32,000 bases of DNA, from positions 180,001-212,000 of the forward strand of contig JBAZYG010000002.1 in the NCBI GenBank assembly GCA_041659445.1, read 5' to 3'. Each line of letters opens with the position of its first letter. Positions within the stretch are counted from its first letter, which is position 1. The notes beneath the pieces were generated by a model. The model was not told the origin of the DNA. It saw only the letters and a list, made by a program, of their open reading frames with translations, and made no database searches. Source of the stretch: Candidatus Saccharimonadota bacterium. GTDB lineage: Archaea > Nanobdellota > Nanobdellia > Pacearchaeales > GW2011-AR1. Shown one piece after another: positions 1 through 7,408 of this stretch. Position numbers and translations under genes: made by a program.

Positions 1-2010
1 AAAATTAAAGTTGAAAATGGAGCAAACTTTTCTAAATCTCCTGGATTTTTAGATTTAGATGCATTAAGTTATAGTTTTGAAATTGAAGGAAAAGAAATTC
101 AAGTTTCAGATGATCTGAAAATTATTGACGGAAAAGTTAAGGTAATACCCGAAGGATATCTTGTTGAACAGGGAAATGTGATTTCAAAAGGTAAAAGTAT
201 TTTTGTCGAATCCAAAAAGGACCAAGTTTTAATTTCTAATTTTAATTTAAAAGGATATAGTGGAAATTGGATTTATGAGTTTTCAGATAATTTAGAGATT
301 CATAGTTCTAACTTTGGTTCTGTTAAAATACAATTTTTAGAAGAAAATGGTTTGGTGAATGTTGAAAAAGAAGATTTGCTTTTAATTCAAGTTGAAAATG
401 GTGATTCTTTGAAAATCATAAAACAAGATGATTTAAATGCAATTCCAAAATTTGAGCATATATCTTCTGAAAAGGGTAAAACTAAAATTACTAATGGAAA
501 TATTGGAACCTTTGTTTACTCAAAAGAGGATTTAATACTTGAGAGGAATTCTTTGAATTTTGGAGATAGAAATTCTAAAAATAATGAAGTGGAGATGATT
601 ATTCAATCAGATTCAGAAAATCTTGATTTTGACTTAAATATAAATTCAAACGGGGAAGCCTTTATACAAAAGGGAAATGTTATTCAAAAAATAAACGAAG
701 AGTTAAGTGAGAATTTAAAAAATTTGGAAAAAGAACGTAATGAAGGTTTTGTGGTGCAATTTGAGGAAGAATTTAATTACACTTATTATGAAAAGATGTC
801 TGGTTATCTTACAGAAGATGAATACTCTGAAATTTCCAATAAATTTGCTAATGAATTATCTAAATTTTCAGATGAAGATTTTAATTCAGAAAATTATCCA
901 AATATAGAATCTTTAAATAATTTTTTAGATTATTGTATGAAAAACAAAATTCCTAAAGACAAATCCTTGGATTTTATTTCAAGTTATATTGAAAGTTCTG
1001 ATGAAAATACTGTGCCCGTTTTTAATGCACTTCCTTCATCTATTGAATCTCTAAAAAGAACTGGATTATCTTCTAAGCAATCAATGCAATTAATTTCTAC
1101 AACCCTTGAAAAATCTTCTTCAGAAGAAGGTTTAGCTATTTTAGAATCGAATAATCTTTTAAGTCCAATAAATAGTTTAAATAAATTTTTTACTCCTGAG
1201 CAAAGTTATGAAATAACTAACTCTTGGATTGAAAAATGCGATAAAGATTGTAATATAAACTCTGTTTTCGACGATATTTCGTCTAATAAAGGATATCTTG
1301 ATTTGTCATCTCGTTTATCTGGTTTAAAAGAAATTTATGGACTTAATAATCAAGAATGTTTTGAACTTACTAAAGGGGCTATAGAAAGAACAGAACCCGG
1401 GGGTGATGTATTGGTTAATTTTGGTAGTTCTATGGAGATGTTAAATTCGTTTAAATTTATGGGAGATTCAAAGCAAGAAGCACTTGAGAATATTGAAATA
1501 ATTCATAGAATTACAGGTGAATCTTTTAATTTTGCAAATGACTTTCTTATATCTTTTAAATTTGGGGGTTATACTTCTGATGAAGCTATTTATGCAATTA
1601 ATTTGATTGATAATTATATTGGAAAGGATTCTGAATACATGAAGTATGCAAAAGAAAATCCAGATTCAATAAAAGGATTTATATCAAAAAAGAAAATAAA
1701 GTCTTATGAATCACCTTCTGAAAAAAAAGGAGAAGAATGGGATAATTCAGATATAGATTATTTCATTAATAGTATTGAACGAGAGTCATATATTCAATTG
1801 CAGTTTTTTATTGATGATTTTACAGAAGAAAAAGGCAAAGAGAAAACAATGAATTTTCTTAAAGAAGCATCAAATGTTCTTGAGAGTTATACTCCTGAGG
1901 AATTGTTTGATTTAAATGGATTTGAGAAAATTTTACTTGTAAGAGAAATTGCAAAAAAATCTGGATTAAACTCTTTTGAAACAATAAAATTAGTTAGTTT
2001 TTTTCAATAA
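1..2010 (+). CDS. C-terminal part of a large hypothetical protein (5' end lies outside the window)
   Basis: Frame 1 is open from base 1, with no stop before the GTG at 178 that the ORF track used as a start. Stop TAA at 2008-2010. The protein is Asn/Ser/Glu-rich with no catalytic motif recognised. The C-terminal half carries degenerate helical repeats. Confidence 0.6.
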   Translation, partial: KIKVENGANFSKSPGFLDLDALSYSFEIEGKEIQVSDDLKIIDGKVKVIPEGYLVEQGNVISKGKSIFVESKKDQVLISNFNLKGYSGNWIYEFSDNLEIHSSNFGSVKIQFLEENGLVNVEKEDLLLIQVENGDSLKIIKQDDLNAIPKFEHISSEKGKTKITNGNIGTFVYSKEDLILERNSLNFGDRNSKNNEVEMIIQSDSENLDFDLNINSNGEAFIQKGNVIQKINEELSENLKNLEKERNEGFVVQFEEEFNYTYYEKMSGYLTEDEYSEISNKFANELSKFSDEDFNSENYPNIESLNNFLDYCMKNKIPKDKSLDFISSYIESSDENTVPVFNALPSSIESLKRTGLSSKQSMQLISTTLEKSSSEEGLAILESNNLLSPINSLNKFFTPEQSYEITNSWIEKCDKDCNINSVFDDISSNKGYLDLSSRLSGLKEIYGLNNQECFELTKGAIERTEPGGDVLVNFGSSMEMLNSFKFMGDSKQEALENIEIIHRITGESFNFANDFLISFKFGGYTSDEAIYAINLIDNYIGKDSEYMKYAKENPDSIKGFISKKKIKSYESPSEKKGEEWDNSDIDYFINSIERESYIQLQFFIDDFTEEKGKEKTMNFLKEASNVLESYTPEELFDLNGFEKILLVREIAKKSGLNSFETIKLVSFFQ

Positions 2011-2056
2011 TAAAGTTTGTCTTTTATTTTGTATTGCAACGTCTTTTAATTTTTTA

Positions 2057-3598
2057 TTAGGATTTTTTTGAGATATCTTTATTTTTTGAATTTCCTAAAG
2101 TTTTTTTTATCATGTAAGTTACTGGATTTTTCATTTTAATTTCTTCAGAATTTATTGAAATTCCAAGTGCTTTATAATAATCTGTATTAAAATTAGGGGG
2201 CATGATAGGTTTTCTTCGATAACTCCAAACCAATTGTGCTTGAATGTATCCTTCTTTTAACGGAGTTTCATTTTTTTTATTCCATTCAAAAATTCTTTTT
2301 TCTAGTTCAGTTTTATCCATACCAATTGACCTAAAAAAATTAAGTAAAACAAATAATCCTCGTTTTTTCCCGTCTTTTAATCCATTTAAAATATATTTTA
2401 TAGACGGTGGAAAATTATCTTCTTTGATTTCTTTTAATTGAATCGGTTTGAAGTTCGCATATTTTCCAGAAACATTTTTCTCTTCTGAAGTTCCTTTAAT
2501 TTCTCTGCTTTTAACCCAGTCCAAAGTTTGCATTACTAATTCTTTTGCTTCTTCTTCCTTGCATTCTGGAATAAAGTCTCTTATTTTTATTTTCATTGGA
2601 TCTGCATCTTTTATTTCAAAATTCTTAAATTCTTCTTCAGTTAAAACAACACTTGCCAATGCAGTTTTTTCATGTAAAGAATAAGGTGTCCTGAAAAGAT
2701 GCCTTGGTGAAACTAAAATCAAATCTAAACCCATTATTTCAAATAAATCAGATTCTTCATATGAAAGAATAAATTTCTCAGGATTTTTAAGAGAATTAAT
2801 TTTACATTTTTTGCATTCATAAATTTCTTTTAAATCTTTTTCAACAGTTTGCCTATTACATTCAGGGCACTTGTGGTTTTTTCTTTCTTCTCCTTTGATA
2901 AATCTTTTTATTTCTCCACTTTTACAAAAAGGACAATACATTTCTACTTGAATATAAATGTCTGATATTCCATTACAATTTTGACATTTTATTCCTTTTT
3001 TTATTTCAACATTTTTAAATTCCTTTTCAAAATCTTCAGGGAGATTTTCACGAAAAATTCTTTCAGAATGTTCTCTAATATAATTTATTAAATTTCTTGG
3101 AAGTTCAGGAAATAATTCTTTTGTAGGAATGCCATTAATTGATTTTGGGAAAGCTTTCCATGGAACTAAAATGTGAAATCCTTTTGAACCTGAAAATTTT
3201 ATCCCAATATTTTTTAATCCATTTCTCTTTAGTGTTTCAACAATTGCCTCTGCAGCTTTTTTTGCATAATCAAACCATTTACAATCTACATCTATTAATA
3301 AGTCCCAGCCAATCCTTAATTCATTATAATCTTTTTCAGTCATTTCTGTTGAAATTTTTAAAGGATCTTCCCAAAGTTCTTCAGAACAATTGAACGAAGT
3401 TGTTCCTCTTTTTACTAATTCATAAATATCTCCTTGATATTGCAAAGCATCAGGTCTTTTTCCAAAACTTTCAAAATATCTTGGAACTACTTCTCGGTTT
3501 TTGCAAAACTCAAAAATTGCTTTTTGTATTTCAGGCCTTGAATAATAAAGTTGAATAATACTCTTTATTCTTTTCTTTTTTAAGCTCTCTTCTTCCAT
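2057..3598 (-). CDS. priS: DNA primase: PriS-type catalytic domain with a zinc-ribbon insertion and a fused C-terminal helical domain (PriL-CTD/PriCT-like)
   Basis: Archaeo-eukaryotic primase motifs are present: DLLIDVD (acidic DxD), SGSKGFHILVPW (SGxxGxH) and RTPYSLHEKT. Four CxxC pairs lie at aa 205-265. The C-terminal FPPSIKYILNGLKDGKKRGLFVLLNFFRSIG...EWNKK resembles the PPC..L..G..R..LF helical module of PriL-CTD/PriCT. Confidence 0.8.
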   Translation of the reverse strand: MEEESLKKKRIKSIIQLYYSRPEIQKAIFEFCKNREVVPRYFESFGKRPDALQYQGDIYELVKRGTTSFNCSEELWEDPLKISTEMTEKDYNELRIGWDLLIDVDCKWFDYAKKAAEAIVETLKRNGLKNIGIKFSGSKGFHILVPWKAFPKSINGIPTKELFPELPRNLINYIREHSERIFRENLPEDFEKEFKNVEIKKGIKCQNCNGISDIYIQVEMYCPFCKSGEIKRFIKGEERKNHKCPECNRQTVEKDLKEIYECKKCKINSLKNPEKFILSYEESDLFEIMGLDLILVSPRHLFRTPYSLHEKTALASVVLTEEEFKNFEIKDADPMKIKIRDFIPECKEEEAKELVMQTLDWVKSREIKGTSEEKNVSGKYANFKPIQLKEIKEDNFPPSIKYILNGLKDGKKRGLFVLLNFFRSIGMDKTELEKRIFEWNKKNETPLKEGYIQAQLVWSYRRKPIMPPNFNTDYYKALGISINSEEIKMKNPVTYMIKKTLGNSKNKDISKKS

Positions 3599-3688
3599 AA
3601 TTTTTTCAAGTATGAAAGATTTATATAATTACCTTGTTCTGAATTATAATAATGCTTAAAAAAGGGTTTTATTTAGGCTTATTATAAA

Positions 3689-4414
3689 ATGCTAGTAAAA
3701 TTAGATAATCCAGTTTTCTTTGTAAGAGCAATAGAAATTCTTTCAGAGTTAGTAACAGAAGTTAGAATAAAAGTTAATGAAAACGGGCTTTCAATAACTG
3801 CAATTGATCCAGCAAGCGTTGCAATGGTTGGCTTAACAATTCCAAAAAAGGCATTTTCAATGTTTAAAACAGAAAAAGAAGTTTTGGGTGTGAATTTAGA
3901 TGATTTTAAAAAAATTTTGAAAAGATGCAATTTGAAAAGTTCTTTAGTTATGGAAAAAAAAGAAAATGCATTAGTTATTAAAATTGAAGATAAAATAAAA
4001 AGGAATTTCAGTTTGAATTTAATTGAAGTAGAATCTCAAGACAAGGAAATTCCAACTCATTTTGAATTTTCATCAAAAGTTGAAATAAGTTCACAAGATT
4101 TTATTGACTCTATTGAAGATTGTGCTGTTGTTTCAGATGCTTGTTCTTTTATAGTTCAAGACAGTAAATTTATAATTGAATCAAAAGACCTTAATTCTGC
4201 ACATTCAGAATTTTCTTCAGACGAAGCAACAATTCAAGCAGAAGATTGTCATGTTCGTTATAGCTTAGAATATCTTCAAAAATTCATAAAAGCATCTAAA
4301 CTTTTTGAAAAAACAATTTTGAATTTTGCTTCAGATCACCCTCTTCAAATGAATCTTTCAAATGAAAATTTGAATTTAACTTTTATACTTGCTCCAAGAG
4401 TTGAGACAGAATAA
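3689..4414 (+). CDS. pcn: DNA polymerase sliding clamp (PCNA)
   Basis: 241 aa. The N-terminus MLVKLDNPVFFVRAIEILSELVTEVRIKVNENGLSITAIDPASVAMV and the overall two-domain length are typical of archaeal PCNA. It is divergent from the primase gene. Confidence 0.9.
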   Translation: MLVKLDNPVFFVRAIEILSELVTEVRIKVNENGLSITAIDPASVAMVGLTIPKKAFSMFKTEKEVLGVNLDDFKKILKRCNLKSSLVMEKKENALVIKIEDKIKRNFSLNLIEVESQDKEIPTHFEFSSKVEISSQDFIDSIEDCAVVSDACSFIVQDSKFIIESKDLNSAHSEFSSDEATIQAEDCHVRYSLEYLQKFIKASKLFEKTILNFASDHPLQMNLSNENLNLTFILAPRVETE

Positions 4415-4465
4415 AAATAATTAATTTTTAATTTTCAAATTTCAAAACCTCGAGATTATGAAATA

Positions 4466-4473
4466 TTTATAAA
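4466..4473 (+). promoter_or_regulatory. TATA box (TTTATAAA), 29 nt upstream of the ATG at 4495
   Basis: Exact octamer at the fixed -29 spacing shared with at least 8 other genes. The downstream ATTTCTTTTAGAATTT-ATGAAG is near-identical to the region before 10565. Confidence 0.6.
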
Positions 4474-4494
4474 CAATTATTTCTTTTAGAATTT

Positions 4495-5256
4495 ATGAAG
4501 AAAAGAGGGCAGGTTACAATCTTTGTTATTATTGCAATTGTAATAATTGTTTTAGGGGTTTTGGCTTTTTTTCTTTATCCAAAATTAAAAATTTCAACAG
4601 GATTTAATACTGAAAACCCAGAATTATTTTTGCAAAATTGTGTTGAAAATGATTTAGAAAATTTAATTGAAACTCTTTCTTTGCAAGGTGGAGAATTCAA
4701 TCCTCAAGGATATACTATTTATCAAGATGTTAAAATAAAATATATTTGTTATACTTCTGATTATTTTACTTTAGGTTTAAAACAAGTTCCATTCATTAAG
4801 AGATTTGTCGAGGATGAAATTAGTGTTCAGATAAAACCGAAAGTCGATGAATGCTTTGATGATTTAGTTTTAAAATATCAACAAAAAGGTTATGAAGTTA
4901 GTTCTAAAAAAGGAAATATTCAAACAGAAATTCTTCCTGAGCAAACTTCAATTGATTTAATTGGTTATAATTTAACAGTTTCTAGAGGAGAAAACGAAAA
5001 CAGATTTAATTTGTTTGTTATAAATTTGGACAATAATCTTTATGAACTTCTAAATATTGCTGAACATATAGTTAGTTGGGAAAATGAATTTGGAGACGCA
5101 GATACACTTTCGATCATGATGTTAAAAAAAGACATTCGAGTGAATAAAATATTAAGAGATGATGGTTCAAAAATTTATATAATTGAAAATAAAAAAACAA
5201 AAGAGGCATTTCAATTTGCTTCAAGAAGTTTGGTTTTCCCTGCAGGATTGTTTTAA
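4495..5256 (+). CDS. Exported hypothetical protein with a class III (type IV pilin-like) signal peptide
   Basis: N-terminus MKKRG|QVTIFVIIAIVIIVLGVLAFFLY: a basic n-region, then Gly-Gln, then an uninterrupted hydrophobic stretch of about 22 residues. It is the first gene after a TTTATAAA box at -29. Confidence 0.65.
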   Translation: MKKRGQVTIFVIIAIVIIVLGVLAFFLYPKLKISTGFNTENPELFLQNCVENDLENLIETLSLQGGEFNPQGYTIYQDVKIKYICYTSDYFTLGLKQVPFIKRFVEDEISVQIKPKVDECFDDLVLKYQQKGYEVSSKKGNIQTEILPEQTSIDLIGYNLTVSRGENENRFNLFVINLDNNLYELLNIAEHIVSWENEFGDADTLSIMMLKKDIRVNKILRDDGSKIYIIENKKTKEAFQFASRSLVFPAGLF

Positions 5257-5257
5257 A

Positions 5258-7402
5258 ATGAAAAAAAATTCAAGCAAAAAAATATTTTTTAGTATCTTTT
5301 TATTATTTGGAATAATTGTTTTTTCTTATTCTGTTCTTGCAGCAAGTGGTTGTTGTGAAAAAACAAAAGACGGTTTTTGGTGTCAAATGGTCGACGATAT
5401 TAGTTCAAAATGTGACAGTTCAAATGGGTTAACAAGTTCTCCAACATCATGTGATCAAACTGCTTATTGTTCTTTAGGAACTTGTATTAATTCTGTTACA
5501 GGAGAATGTGTTCCAAATCTTCCAAAATCAGAATGCGAAAGTGATTCTGCAGGAGAATGGGATTCAAGAACTTTACAAGAAATTCCAACTTGTCAATTGG
5601 GATGTTGTTCTTATGGTCCATATACTCAATTTGTTACACAAACAAAATGCAAACAATTAGGAACAGATTATGGTGTTGACCCTATTTTTAACGACGAGAT
5701 TACAGATGAACTTGAATGTTATAATTCAGATACTTCTTACAAAGAAGGAGCTTGTATATTCGAGAACGGAGATTGTCGACGAACTTCAAAAACAGAGTGT
5801 GATTCTCAATCAGGAAATTTTGAAGAAGGATTTTTATGCACTGCAACAAATTTAGAAACTCAATGTGCAAGAAGTTCAGAAACAATTTGTGATGAAAACG
5901 GAAGAGTTTATTTTAAAGATTCGTGTGGAAATTTAGCAAATATTTACAATGAAGAAATGTTTAGTACAAATCCAAATGCTTGGAATTCTGAAATGAAAGA
6001 TTATTGGACTTATATAAAAGAAATAGATGATTCTTCAATTTGTTCTTTTACTGGAACTACTTCTTCAACTTGCGGAAATTGTGATTTTTTATCAGGAAGT
6101 GTTTGTTCAAAATATAGATTAAACGATCCTACAATGCCTAATTCAAAACCAGAGTTTGGAAATTATGTTTGTGCAAGTATGGATTGTGCTTATGATACTG
6201 ATAGAAATGGTGAAAGAGAAATTTATCATCACGGAGAATCTTGGTGTGCAATGACAGAAGGAACTTACTGGGACCAAAATGCATATGAAGAATTTGGATT
6301 AGGTGGAATTAGAATAAATAAAACAACAGGTGATTATGTTGAAGCTAAAATTTTAAAAGAACTTGAAAATCAATCTAATTATAATCTTCCAGGAAGTCAA
6401 TATGTTTTATTAAAATGTATCGACGGAGAAGTTCTTCAAGAATCATGTATGTCTTACAGAAATTCTTTTTGCGTCGATGTTGTTTCTCATGAATCTGAAT
6501 TTAGAGAAGCACATTGTATTGGAAATGATTGGAGAGCTTGTCTTTCAAAAACAACTAAAAAAACTTGTGAAGGCGATTCTATTTATGGAACTCAAATGTG
6601 TAAATGGGTTGGAGGTTTTAGACTCGACGGAAAATCAACAACAACAAAAGAATCAAACAGGCAAAATATTGACCAAGGTTCTTGTGTTCCTTTATTATCT
6701 CCTGGATTAGAATTTTGGACAGATAAAAATAACGCAGAATGTTCTTTAGGAAATATTCAAGGTTCTGTAACTTATGCAACTTCATGGACAGTTAAAAGAG
6801 ACCATTTTGCAGAATTTGGAACAAAGTCTGCTTCTGAAACTTGTATGAATGATTGTTATCTTATTCCAGGTTATGCAAGTGATTTAGCTGGAAGTGATTT
6901 ACAAGACCAAAAAGCAATGGAAAATATTTATACAGGAGGAGATGTTCCAAGTGGAGATTTAAAAGATTATATGGTTTCACTTAGAAAAGCTTATTATTGT
7001 GAGGGAAAAACAGGAAAAGCATCTGGACCATCAGTTAGTTGTTCTGGTGAACCTGATAAAAGAAATAATTTTCCAGTTTATTGGACACATCAAGAATTTT
7101 ATGATTCAATTACAGAAAGAGCTCGTTCATTAGGAGATTGTGGTTACAAAGCAGGAGCTTATATTTCATTAAGTGAAATGAACGAGAGTAATGTTGAATT
7201 AGAATTAATGACTGTAGTATTTCAAAAAATATCTCAAGAAGGAGATGTAAAAGATGAAGATAAAGGAAATCTTGCTGAAAAAATTTATATTAATAACGAA
7301 TATGTTGGTGACCAATGCGGTTATAGAAGTGGAGAATACGACGAGGAATTATGCCAATTAGAAAACATTCCATTAGAAGAATCAACTGACGGAGAAGAAT
7401 AA
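5258..7402 (+). CDS. Large secreted cysteine-rich protein (about 714 aa)
   Basis: Start moved to the ATG at 5258 (MKKNSSKKIFFSIFLLFGIIVFSYSVLAASG..., a classical signal peptide), 1 nt after the upstream stop at a TAAAATG junction. I count about 44 Cys. No TM segment follows the signal peptide. The C-terminus is acidic. Confidence 0.7.
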   Translation: MKKNSSKKIFFSIFLLFGIIVFSYSVLAASGCCEKTKDGFWCQMVDDISSKCDSSNGLTSSPTSCDQTAYCSLGTCINSVTGECVPNLPKSECESDSAGEWDSRTLQEIPTCQLGCCSYGPYTQFVTQTKCKQLGTDYGVDPIFNDEITDELECYNSDTSYKEGACIFENGDCRRTSKTECDSQSGNFEEGFLCTATNLETQCARSSETICDENGRVYFKDSCGNLANIYNEEMFSTNPNAWNSEMKDYWTYIKEIDDSSICSFTGTTSSTCGNCDFLSGSVCSKYRLNDPTMPNSKPEFGNYVCASMDCAYDTDRNGEREIYHHGESWCAMTEGTYWDQNAYEEFGLGGIRINKTTGDYVEAKILKELENQSNYNLPGSQYVLLKCIDGEVLQESCMSYRNSFCVDVVSHESEFREAHCIGNDWRACLSKTTKKTCEGDSIYGTQMCKWVGGFRLDGKSTTTKESNRQNIDQGSCVPLLSPGLEFWTDKNNAECSLGNIQGSVTYATSWTVKRDHFAEFGTKSASETCMNDCYLIPGYASDLAGSDLQDQKAMENIYTGGDVPSGDLKDYMVSLRKAYYCEGKTGKASGPSVSCSGEPDKRNNFPVYWTHQEFYDSITERARSLGDCGYKAGAYISLSEMNESNVELELMTVVFQKISQEGDVKDEDKGNLAEKIYINNEYVGDQCGYRSGEYDEELCQLENIPLEESTDGEE

Positions 7403-7408
7403 ATAAAA

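Noticed and set aside
178-180. GTG at 178 as the start of the first gene
   Set aside because: The reading frame is open from base 1 and there is no TATA box at -29. The gene most likely starts upstream of the window.
2244-3393. Plus-strand track ORFs 2244..2441, 2448..2684 and 3139..3393, antisense to the primase gene
   Set aside because: They are fully embedded in a 513-aa ORF with clear primase motifs. Their products are low-complexity Ser/Phe/Leu-rich strings typical of antisense frames of AT-rich coding DNA.
5183-5257. Upstream in-frame start (5183) for the Cys-rich protein. The same issue applies to 19382 for the 105-aa gene, 24009 for L11, 12635 for the last pilin-like gene and 31223 for the 112-aa ORF.
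   Set aside because: The longer versions overlap the preceding gene or use non-ATG codons. The shorter starts give a proper signal peptide or the canonical L11 N-terminus, and they coincide with TAAAATG junctions or the -29 TATA rule.
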